NCBI GenBank assembly: GCA_037446295.1
Contig: JBBIIV010000002.1
Span: 1 to 37,836 of the forward strand
Length of the DNA: 37,836 nucleotides
Direction of reading: 5' to 3'
Source: Nitrospirota bacterium
GTDB lineage: Bacteria; Nitrospirota; Thermodesulfovibrionia; Thermodesulfovibrionales; Dissulfurispiraceae
The translations under genes were made by a program, and so were the position numbers. How positions within the stretch are numbered: position 1 is the stretch's first letter; every line of letters starts with the position of its first letter. Shown here piece after piece: positions 16,942 to 24,744 of the stretch. The notes below the pieces were generated by a model. It saw only the letters and a program-made list of their open reading frames with translations, was not told where the DNA came from and did not search any database.

Positions 16942-18336
16942 ATGGCAGTTGTCGTTGTAATTGATGATGAGCTTCCTCAGCTTTCTATTATTAAAACAAT
17001 CTTGGAAGAAAACGGCTACGAAGTTTATGCAGCATCCTCAGGAGAAGAAGGTCTAAAATTAATCAAGACAATCAATCCTGATGTTGTTCTCTCAGACCTT
17101 AAAATGAGCGGCATGAGCGGCGATCAACTTCTTGACGCTTTGAATGAAGAGGCTGTTAAACCTGCGTTTGTTTTGATGACGGCATTTGGAACTATTTCAT
17201 CTGCTGTTGAGGCAATGAAAAAAGGCGCATTTCATTACCTTACCAAACCTATTGATAAGGATGTGATTTTGCATACGGTGAGAAAAGCAGCTGAGATGAT
17301 ATATCTAGGTAGAGAAAATATTAGACTTCAGGATGCACTTTTCGATAAATTTAAGATAGAGGGAATAGTCGGCGGCTCTAAAAAGATGAAAGACGCTGTC
17401 GATGTAGTAAAAAAGGTAACACCTACAACAGTAACAGTGTTGATTTATGGAGAGAGCGGAACGGGCAAGGAGCTTATTGCGAGGGCAATTCATTATAACA
17501 GCCCGAGGCGAACGGGTCCTTTTACCGTCATTAATTGCGCCGCAATTCCTGAAAATCTCATTGAAAGCGAGCTTTTTGGATATGAGCCTGGCGCTTTTAC
17601 AGGCGCTTCTCACCGCAAGATAGGTCTTTTTGAAGCTTCCGACAAAGGAACACTTTTCCTTGACGAGGTAGGCGACCTTCCTCTGCTGACACAGACAAAG
17701 ATATTGAGGGTTTTGCAAGATAAGGAGATAAGAAGACTTGGCGGGAAAAATAATATCAAGGTCGATGTCAGAATCATTGCGGCAACTAATAAAATGCTCG
17801 AAAAGGAGGTCTCAGCCGGAAGATTTAGAGAGGATCTTTTTTATAGGCTTAAGGTTGTAACAGTTGACCTCCCACCCCTTAGAGACAGAAAGGAAGATAT
17901 TCCTACCCTCGCAGATTTTTTTATAAAAAAATACAACAATGAGTTCGGCAAAAGAGTCAAGGGGATAAGTGATGGGTCAAAGAAGGCGCTGGTTGAGTAT
18001 TTATGGCCAGGGAATATTCGCCAGCTTGAATCGGTAATAGAGAGGGCTGTCCTCATGTGCGACAAGGACATGATTAATATAAACGACATCAAGAGTGAAC
18101 TCAAGCTTCCGGACCAAGCTGGCATACTAGAGATTGAAATACCCGACGAAGGGATAGACTTTGAAGAGCTTGAGAGGGAATTAATAAGAAAAGCTATGGT
18201 CAAAACAAATAATGTTGCTGCAAAAGCAGCTCAACTATTAGGCATGAGCTATAAAACATTCTGGTACAGACTCGAGAAATTTGGGCTAAAATCAGTTTCC
18301 TCAAAAGGGGATATATATCCCGAAAAGAGAAACTAA
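16942..18336 (+). CDS. sigma-54-dependent response regulator (REC + AAA+ + HTH)
   Basis: Receiver (VVVIDDE, DVVLSDLKMSGMSG). Walker A GESGTGKE. Canonical GAFTGA loop (GYEPGAFTGA). C-terminal HTH (NNVAAKAAQLLGMSYKTFWYRLEK). Confidence 0.9.
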   Translation: MAVVVVIDDELPQLSIIKTILEENGYEVYAASSGEEGLKLIKTINPDVVLSDLKMSGMSGDQLLDALNEEAVKPAFVLMTAFGTISSAVEAMKKGAFHYLTKPIDKDVILHTVRKAAEMIYLGRENIRLQDALFDKFKIEGIVGGSKKMKDAVDVVKKVTPTTVTVLIYGESGTGKELIARAIHYNSPRRTGPFTVINCAAIPENLIESELFGYEPGAFTGASHRKIGLFEASDKGTLFLDEVGDLPLLTQTKILRVLQDKEIRRLGGKNNIKVDVRIIAATNKMLEKEVSAGRFREDLFYRLKVVTVDLPPLRDRKEDIPTLADFFIKKYNNEFGKRVKGISDGSKKALVEYLWPGNIRQLESVIERAVLMCDKDMININDIKSELKLPDQAGILEIEIPDEGIDFEELERELIRKAMVKTNNVAAKAAQLLGMSYKTFWYRLEKFGLKSVSSKGDIYPEKRN

Positions 18337-18351
18337 CTTTTTATTTTTTAA

Positions 18352-18365
18352 AATGAACATTCATT
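18352..18365. promoter_or_regulatory. candidate enhancer (UAS) palindrome AATGAA-CA-TTCATT
   Basis: Perfect 6+6 inverted repeat located about 50-60 bp upstream of the -24 element at 18413. This is the position where EBP binding sites usually lie. There is only a single copy, so this is speculative. Confidence 0.25.
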
Positions 18366-18412
18366 CCGACATACGAGACAATGATATTTACTGTTTTTTC
18401 TCCCTTTGAATA

Positions 18413-18428
18413 TGGCATTATATTTGCA
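18413..18428 (+). promoter_or_regulatory. sigma-54 (-24/-12) promoter
   Basis: TGGCATT-ATAT-TTGCA matches the consensus TGGCACG-N4-TTGCW with exact GG-to-GC spacing. It lies about 60 nt upstream of the start codon of the small ORF at 18486 and directly downstream of a sigma-54 activator gene. Confidence 0.7.
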
Positions 18429-18485
18429 CATTACAACAAGTTGAGAAGTTTTAACAAAACTTAGATTAAGAAAGGAGGTGACAAA

Positions 18486-18962
18486 TTGATGAAGAGATTA
18501 GTGGCGTTAATAGTAGCAATTTTATTTGTTTTTGCCGTTTCCTCAGTAGCCATTGCTCAGGAGAAGCCTGGTGTAAAGCCGGCGGAGCCAGCGAAACCGG
18601 CAGCAAAACCTGCTGATGCGCCAAAGGCTGAACAGAAAAAGGCTGAAAAGGCAAAGGTAAAACAAGTTACAGGTGAAGTTGCAGCAGTCGATGCAGCAGC
18701 AAATTCCATTACTGTAAAGGGAAAGAAAGCGGAAGTCAAAATGACCGCCGATGCCAAGCTTATTGCTGATGTTAAGGTTGGAGACAAGGTTACCGCAAAG
18801 TACACAGTTCAGGATGGAAAGAATGTAGCGAAGAGCGTAAAGAAGGCAGTCGCAAAGGCTGACAAACCGAAAGCTGATGCGAAACCAAAGGCTGATGCAA
18901 AGCCGGCAGAAAAACCAAAAGCTGATGTAAAACCATCAGCAGAGCCAGCAAAAAAGCCTTAG
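18486..18962 (+). CDS. small secreted Lys/Ala/Pro-rich protein of unknown function
   Basis: Strong RBS AAGGAGGTG (18472-18480). TTG at 18486 and ATG at 18489 are both possible starts. Signal peptide MKRLVALIVAILFVFAVSSVAIA-QE. A central beta-rich core of about 55 aa (VTGEVAAVDAAANSITVKGKK...VKVGDKVTAKYTV) is flanked by low-complexity PAKPA and KPKADAKP repeats. Confidence 0.7.
   Translation: MMKRLVALIVAILFVFAVSSVAIAQEKPGVKPAEPAKPAAKPADAPKAEQKKAEKAKVKQVTGEVAAVDAAANSITVKGKKAEVKMTADAKLIADVKVGDKVTAKYTVQDGKNVAKSVKKAVAKADKPKADAKPKADAKPAEKPKADVKPSAEPAKKP
18856..18933 (+). repeat. imperfect tandem coding repeats (K-A-D-A-K-P units)
   Basis: AAAGCTGATGCGAAACCA, AAGGCTGATGCAAAGCCG and AAAGCTGATGTAAAACCA are reiterated at the 3' end of the small ORF. 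Confidence 0.6.
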
Positions 18963-18980
18963 TTTAATTTTTGTCATGTA

Positions 18981-19009
18981 AGGCGTTCAGAAATGGACGC
19001 CTTTTTTTA
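18981..19009. terminator. intrinsic terminator between convergent genes
   Basis: Stem AGGCGT (18981-18986) pairs with ACGCCT (18997-19002), followed by a T-run (19002-19008). It lies 19 nt after the stop of the small ORF. Its T-tract overlaps the stop codon (19007-19009) of the convergent regulator gene. Confidence 0.55.
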
Positions 19010-20371
19010 TTCCTGCATATTTATCCCATATAATTTAATCTTTTTATGGAGATTGCTTCTCTCTACAGCTATAGCTTCAGAAGTTTTGGAGATATTCCAG
19101 TTGTTTTCTGCAAGTTTTCTTATTATAAAATCCTTCTCTAATGCATCTCTTGCATCCTTAAGGGTGTTAAATGAAAAATAGCTATATTTATTTTGAATTT
19201 CTTTAAATTGTAGCAAACCCAGATTTTCTATATCAGACACCTCTACTATCTGTGAGGGCACCATTATCATAATTCGTTCAACTGCGTTTTTGAGCTCTCT
19301 GATGTTGCCACGCCACTCGTATTTTTTAAACATACTGATGACATCCTTGCTTATCTCCTTTGGCTTTATCGCGCTGTCGGAGCTGAACTGTGATACAAAA
19401 TGACTTACTAACTCAGGTATATCCTCAAGCCTTTCCCTCAAAGAAGGAGACGCGATAGATATAACATTAAGCCTGAAATACAGGTCTTCCCTGAAAGCGC
19501 CTCTTTGAACCTCGTTTAACAAATCCTTATTGGTCGCTGCAATGATTCGGGTATCAACCTTTATATTTTTGCTGCCCCCGACCCTTTGAAAGGTCTGGGC
19601 TTCTATCACCCTCAATACTTTAGATTGGGTCATTAAAGACATATCTCCAATCTCATCAAGAAATAGTGTGCCCGTATCAGCGAGTTCAAATTTACCTATC
19701 TTTTTTTCAAATGCGCCCGTAAAAGAACCTTTTTCATGTCCAAATAATTCGCTCTCAATTAAATCCTGAGGGATTGCTGCACAATTAACTTCTATAAAAG
19801 GATTATCGCATCTCGGGCTTTTTTGATGTAAAAGCCTCGCTATTATCTCTTTACCAGTCCCGCTCTCGCCCGTAATGAGTACCCTGCTACTGCTTAGGGC
19901 AGCCATCTCAATCTGTTGATTTAGGTGAGCAATTTTGTCTGAATTGCCAACAAGCCTCCAGTTTTTATTAAGAGCGGCTCTCAGGGTGCGGTTTTCAGAG
20001 ATCAGCCTTTTTAATTCTAATGCCTTTTTCGTTCTAGAAAAAAGCTCTTTTTCTTCAAGAGGTTTTTCAAGAAAATCATGGGCACCAAGCTTCATAGCCT
20101 TTACAGCAGTTTCTATGTCTCCATGCGCCGATATCATAATTATTGGAACATCAAGGGACTTCTTTATTAAAATAAGCGTTTGTATTCCGTCCATCCCTGG
20201 AAGCCATATATCAAGAAAGATGGCATCCGGGGCAAATTCCCTGAGAAGCTCAATAGCCTCTTCCCCTGAACCTGCTGTTATGACTTCATATCCCTCATCC
20301 TTAAATGTGTCGGAGAGACTTTCTCTTACACCTCTGTCATCATCCACAATCATAAGCAATTCTGTTGGCAT
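19007..20371 (-). CDS. sigma-54-dependent response regulator (NtrX/NtrC-like)
   Basis: Receiver (LLMIVDDD, DAIFLDIWLPGMDG). Walker A GESGTGKE. GSFTGA loop (GHEKGSFTGA). C-terminal HTH (WNISKTSEAIAVERSNLHKKIK). It lies 18 nt downstream of the NtrY-like kinase gene. Confidence 0.9.
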   Translation of the reverse strand: MPTELLMIVDDDRGVRESLSDTFKDEGYEVITAGSGEEAIELLREFAPDAIFLDIWLPGMDGIQTLILIKKSLDVPIIMISAHGDIETAVKAMKLGAHDFLEKPLEEKELFSRTKKALELKRLISENRTLRAALNKNWRLVGNSDKIAHLNQQIEMAALSSSRVLITGESGTGKEIIARLLHQKSPRCDNPFIEVNCAAIPQDLIESELFGHEKGSFTGAFEKKIGKFELADTGTLFLDEIGDMSLMTQSKVLRVIEAQTFQRVGGSKNIKVDTRIIAATNKDLLNEVQRGAFREDLYFRLNVISIASPSLRERLEDIPELVSHFVSQFSSDSAIKPKEISKDVISMFKKYEWRGNIRELKNAVERIMIMVPSQIVEVSDIENLGLLQFKEIQNKYSYFSFNTLKDARDALEKDFIIRKLAENNWNISKTSEAIAVERSNLHKKIKLYGINMQE

Positions 20372-20389
20372 TGCAACTCCTTATGTCCT

Positions 20390-22426
20390 TTATTCTGCGG
20401 GCAACCTTAAAACAAAAACTGCGCCGTGTGGAATATTGTCTCTTATGGAGACTTGCCCTCCATGATCTGTTATCACCTTAGCGGCAATGGCGAGTCCAAG
20501 ACCAGTGCCTCCTTCTCTCTTTGAAAAGTAGGGCTGAAAAAGCCTTTCCTTTTCGTCTGCAGGGATGCCGGAACCTGTATCAGCAATCTCAATAATTAAA
20601 AAATTATCATTATCCTTTTTGACTCTTATATCTATGACGCCTTTACAGTTCATTGCTTCAATGGCGTTGTCTATAATATTGATTAATGCCCTCTTGATCT
20701 GTTCTCTGTCAAGTTGGACAAAAGAAATATCCTGACTGACGGACAGCTGTATCTCAATATCCTTAAACCCACTATAAAGTATAGCAAAATCATTAAGCAA
20801 TTTCCTTATATCCACAGACTTTTTTTTGATTTCCGGCATCCTGCCATATTTGGAAAATATATCCACGAGTCTTCGGAGGCTGTCCACCTCATATATAATT
20901 GCATTTGTTGATTTTTCAAAAACCGAGTCAAAATCATTGCTTTTCTGTTTCCACTTCTTTATGAGTCTTTCTGCAGATAGTCTGATTGGTGTAAGAGGGT
21001 TTTTAATCTCATGAGCCACCTTACGGGCAAATTCCTGCCACGCCATCGCCTTTTGCGCCGCTATTATGTTTGTCAAGTCATTGAAAACAACGAGCAGACC
21101 AAGAGATTTAAAAGATTGAGGGTCCCATATACCTGAGATATAAACCATCAGGATTGCCGTCTTGTCTCCGAGTTCAAGTTTGATCTCCTTTTTTATATCT
21201 CTTATCTTTTGCCCTTGGAGGGTCTGCACGAGATTATTCAAATCTGTGGAATTGATGCTGACGATAAAATCTCTATAATTTTTGCCCGCAAAATCCTCCT
21301 GTTTTATATTCAATATCAAGCAAGCCGCCTTATTAATTGTTAAAATAGTCATATTATTATCGAGAAAAATAACCCCTGAATTGATATTATCGAGAATGTT
21401 CTCGAGAAATAATCTTCTCTTATCAGACTCTGCATAAGCAGTTTCAAGGGATTCTTTATTGTCCTTAAGTTCTTTCACCATCTGATTGAATGAGTTGATC
21501 AAGATGCCTATCTCATCATCAGTCTTAGCGTCAATGGCAACATTCAGATTACCTGAAGCCACCTCTCTTGTTGCCAAAGCAAGATTTTGGATTGGGTCGG
21601 TAATCCCTTGCGATATCTTCAGAGAAACCCACAAACCAGCAAAAACCATAAGAATGGTCATAAAACTGAGTATCAGTATATAATTAAGGCTCAAAGGCGA
21701 CTTGAAAGATTCAAAATCTAAAAAATCTTCATGATAAGCCCTTAATTTTTCAGACTTGACAGAGATTAACTCAGGCAGTCTTAGCTCAACGACTATTACT
21801 GCAGATTTATTATCGCTTCCAACAAGGGGAACGGCAGCCCTGATGATGTCGCCGCTAAAAGAGGAGATTATCTCAGCGGCTTCCCTGCCCTCAAAAGCCT
21901 CTCTGATTATTTCTCCTTCATCATCAGCCAGGTTAGTGAGCCTCTTGACGGTTAATCCTTCTGTTAAAATCTCATTACCTTTTGAAATCTGTTTTGCGAT
22001 ACTTAATGCCCTGTTTTTTTCCAAATCATAAAATGCCCTTGCAAGTTCTACTGAATTGGTAAGACTTTCCTTAACGGGGAGGGAGAAAAACCTGTTTATG
22101 TAGTTGGTGAAGAGTCCTGCCGAAACAACAAAAAGAGATACTGAAGGTATCAGTATCAAAATCATGAACACAGCAACAAGACGGCTTCTGAAGCGATAGC
22201 CCGGCACCTTGTCCCTTCTCTGAACATAAAGCTTAAACAAGTTTTTTACTACAAAAAAGATAAGGGTTAGCAGTGCAATAATGTTGAGGGTTAGAATGCT
22301 CGTAAGTATGAATCTGGCTGTTATGTCGGTATAGGGAAATCTGAAGTAGTAGATTTGAGCTAAAGTTATCGTTATTACGAGAATAATTGCCAGAAAAAGA
22401 AGTTTGATTTGATTCAATCTTTTCAT
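20390..22426 (-). CDS. NtrY-like sensor histidine kinase (multi-TM N-terminus, HAMP, PAS, HisKA, HATPase_c)
   Basis: Several N-terminal TM helices. HAMP (ITDPIQNLALATREVASGNLNVAIDAKTDDEIGILINSFNQMVKEL). PAS-like segment (LENILDNINSGVIFLD). H-box KVAHEIKNPLTPI. G boxes DTGSGI and GTGLGL. Length and architecture match NtrY. Confidence 0.8.
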   Translation of the reverse strand: MKRLNQIKLLFLAIILVITITLAQIYYFRFPYTDITARFILTSILTLNIIALLTLIFFVVKNLFKLYVQRRDKVPGYRFRSRLVAVFMILILIPSVSLFVVSAGLFTNYINRFFSLPVKESLTNSVELARAFYDLEKNRALSIAKQISKGNEILTEGLTVKRLTNLADDEGEIIREAFEGREAAEIISSFSGDIIRAAVPLVGSDNKSAVIVVELRLPELISVKSEKLRAYHEDFLDFESFKSPLSLNYILILSFMTILMVFAGLWVSLKISQGITDPIQNLALATREVASGNLNVAIDAKTDDEIGILINSFNQMVKELKDNKESLETAYAESDKRRLFLENILDNINSGVIFLDNNMTILTINKAACLILNIKQEDFAGKNYRDFIVSINSTDLNNLVQTLQGQKIRDIKKEIKLELGDKTAILMVYISGIWDPQSFKSLGLLVVFNDLTNIIAAQKAMAWQEFARKVAHEIKNPLTPIRLSAERLIKKWKQKSNDFDSVFEKSTNAIIYEVDSLRRLVDIFSKYGRMPEIKKKSVDIRKLLNDFAILYSGFKDIEIQLSVSQDISFVQLDREQIKRALINIIDNAIEAMNCKGVIDIRVKKDNDNFLIIEIADTGSGIPADEKERLFQPYFSKREGGTGLGLAIAAKVITDHGGQVSIRDNIPHGAVFVLRLPAE

Positions 22427-22452
22427 TGATTAATAGGCAGGCAGCTCAGGCA

Positions 22453-23073
22453 TTATTTAGCAGGTTCTCTCGGAAGCTGAAATAGGAGAGAGTCTCTTGA
22501 TGTGCTAAACTCTTTTTCGGAAACAAAAAACAAGAAATATCCAATTATCGGGGGCAATTTCTTTTTGGCTGATTCAACAGTGACCTTTACAAAATATTTG
22601 CCTGCCTCGAAATCCCTGATACTATATATCCTTGCATCTTTAAAGCTAAGCGACCACGACAGCATAGACTCTATATCCTTGAATCTTTTTTCAACAGTTG
22701 TATTACCTTCTATGCTTACAGCAACATATTCCCTTTTGATAGGATCGCTTTTAAGGGTTCTTGTAATTTTTTTTCCTGTAATGAATTCATCGGGCCAAAC
22801 CTTCCAAATTCTGAAAAGGTCGATATAAAAGACAAGTTCTTTGGACATGCCATCGTTCAAGTCTTCTGCAAACTTAGAGTCTACGCCAAGAGAGCCTGCA
22901 ACGGATATTTCATTATTGCTGATTATATTAACAGATACAGGGCTTAGCTGGTATGAACAGGAGGTCTTTGGAAACAATATCTGGGCTGAACAGAATGACA
23001 GCAAGAAAAAGAAGGGGAGCAGTTTGTATTGTATATACCTTGAAGTAAGAGATATCATCATGGAGTCTCCCAT
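22453..23073 (-). CDS. exported DUF4390-like protein (the family usually encoded upstream of ntrY)
   Basis: N-terminal hydrophobic signal (LLPFFFLLSFCSAQ). About 200 aa. The segment VFYIDLFRIWKVWPDEFI resembles the conserved R.RW.W.DE core I recall for DUF4390. The position directly upstream of the NtrY-like gene supports the call. Assignment is from memory only. Confidence 0.45.
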   Translation of the reverse strand: MGDSMMISLTSRYIQYKLLPFFFLLSFCSAQILFPKTSCSYQLSPVSVNIISNNEISVAGSLGVDSKFAEDLNDGMSKELVFYIDLFRIWKVWPDEFITGKKITRTLKSDPIKREYVAVSIEGNTTVEKRFKDIESMLSWSLSFKDARIYSIRDFEAGKYFVKVTVESAKKKLPPIIGYFLFFVSEKEFSTSRDSLLFQLPREPAK

Positions 23074-23187
23074 AGCCCTGGGCTCGTGATTGAAAAAAAC
23101 TGGTTAAAAATATGGAAAAATATTTCATATCATTATAACATAGAAAAAGAAGGTGTTTTATGAGGTTTATCAAAGGAGGAATTTATA

Positions 23188-23670
23188 ATGGAATTCAAAG
23201 CAGTCACGGTTAATATTCCGGATGGATGCAATATTATTGTAGGGCAGTCTCACTTTATCAAAACTGTTGAGGATATCTATGAGATAGTTACTGCAACAGT
23301 CTCTCAGGCAAAGTTTGGGATAGCATTTTCAGAGGCTTCAGGTCCGTGCCTGATTAGGAGTGAGGGAAATGATGAGGAGATGATAAGCAGCTGTATAAAA
23401 ATTCTTCAAGATATAGCATGCGGTCATATATTTTGCATTTTGCTCAAAAATGCATTTCCTATTAATATTCTCAATTCAGTAAAGAGCTGCCCCGAGGTCT
23501 GCAGAATTTTCTGCGCAACTGCCAATCCCCTTGTGATTATAATCACCTCAACAGAACAAGGAAATGGAATCATGGGGGTCATAGATGGTTCACCTCCGAA
23601 AGGGGTCGAGTCTGCTCAAGACAAAAAAGACCGTAAGGAATTTTTACGGAAAATCGGATACAAACTTTAG
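23188..23670 (+). CDS. adenosine-specific kinase family protein (PF04008-like)
   Basis: GQSHFIKTVEDIYE, KFGIAFSEASGPCLIRSEGND, ACGHIF, CATANPL and GIMGVIDG match the family pattern as I recall it. RBS AAAGGAGG lies upstream. Confidence 0.6.
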   Translation: MEFKAVTVNIPDGCNIIVGQSHFIKTVEDIYEIVTATVSQAKFGIAFSEASGPCLIRSEGNDEEMISSCIKILQDIACGHIFCILLKNAFPINILNSVKSCPEVCRIFCATANPLVIIITSTEQGNGIMGVIDGSPPKGVESAQDKKDRKEFLRKIGYKL

Positions 23671-23679
23671 GTCATTATC

Positions 23680-24525
23680 ATGATGAACCTTGGGTTTTCA
23701 CCGTGTCCTAATGACACATATATATTTTACGCCCTTGTCCATAAAAAGATTGATTTAAAAGGGCTGGAGTTTAATTTTATTATAGAAGATGTAGAGACAT
23801 TAAACCAGCTTGCAATCTCCAAAAAACTTGATATCTCTAAGGTTTCATCTCATGCATATTTTTATCTCAAGGAGGATTATGTCTTTTTAAGGTCAGGTGC
23901 AGCATTTGGGCGAGAATGCGGCCCTTTGATTGTTGCAAAGGAGGAATTTTCTTTTAAGAAGCCTGAACATCTTAAAATAGCTGTCCCAGGGAGATTGACT
24001 ACTGCTTTTTTGCTGTTAAAGATCTATCTGTTATCTGAATTTGGCGCCATGTTTATTAATAAAATTAAATATGTTTTTATGCCCTTCAATGAGATTATGA
24101 ATGCTGTCAAGGAAGGGGACTTTCATGCTGGGCTCGTCATACACGAAGGAAGGTTTACTTATATTGATTGGGGGCTTGTTAAGATAGCTGATCTCGGTCA
24201 ATGGTGGGATGAATACACAGGACTACCCATACCACTTGGCGGAATTATTGCAAGAAAAGAGATCGCGCCTCATGTCATCCAAATAATTGAAGACCTTATA
24301 GGCAAAAGTGTAAAATATGCAAGAAATAATTTTGATGAAGCGCTTCCTTTTATTAAAAAGCACTCGCAGGAATTAAACGATAAGGTCATTACACAACATA
24401 TTTCACTTTATGTGAATAGTTATACCTTAGATATAGGAGATGAAGGCATAAAAGCATTAAATGAATTGCTTGCAAGGGCTGAAAGGCTTGGTATCAAAAC
24501 TTTTCTACCTTTAGGTAAAATTTGA
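23680..24525 (+). CDS. mqnD: 1,4-dihydroxy-6-naphthoate synthase (futalosine pathway of menaquinone synthesis)
   Basis: N-terminal LGFSPCPNDTYIFYALVH and downstream HEGRFTY and PLGGIIARK motifs are typical of MqnD. Confidence 0.8.
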   Translation: MMNLGFSPCPNDTYIFYALVHKKIDLKGLEFNFIIEDVETLNQLAISKKLDISKVSSHAYFYLKEDYVFLRSGAAFGRECGPLIVAKEEFSFKKPEHLKIAVPGRLTTAFLLLKIYLLSEFGAMFINKIKYVFMPFNEIMNAVKEGDFHAGLVIHEGRFTYIDWGLVKIADLGQWWDEYTGLPIPLGGIIARKEIAPHVIQIIEDLIGKSVKYARNNFDEALPFIKKHSQELNDKVITQHISLYVNSYTLDIGDEGIKALNELLARAERLGIKTFLPLGKI

Positions 24526-24744
24526 TTGTTCAGGTATCCATGTAAACAAGCGAGCTGGAAGTAATGAAAAACATTTTATTTCTAATCGTTATTTATTATA
24601 TAGTGTCTGTTTATAAAGTCAGTTCATGTTTGCACTTTCTTGTGCAGGCAAGCCAGATTGATAAAAGACATGGTTTATAAATAAACTTTGTCTAAATATT
24701 AATCACTCAAAATAGAAGGTTAAGATTAAGGAGCGTGTTATATT

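Noticed and set aside
24564-24680. A 38-aa hydrophobic ORF (MKNILFLIVIYYIVSVYKVSSCLHFLVQASQIDKRHGL) in the spacer upstream of glgP.
   Set aside because: The GGAAG sits only 2 nt from the ATG. The ORF overlaps the recurring GTCTGTTTATAAA motif. AT-rich DNA easily yields Ile/Leu/Tyr-rich short ORFs. I have no support beyond the open frame.
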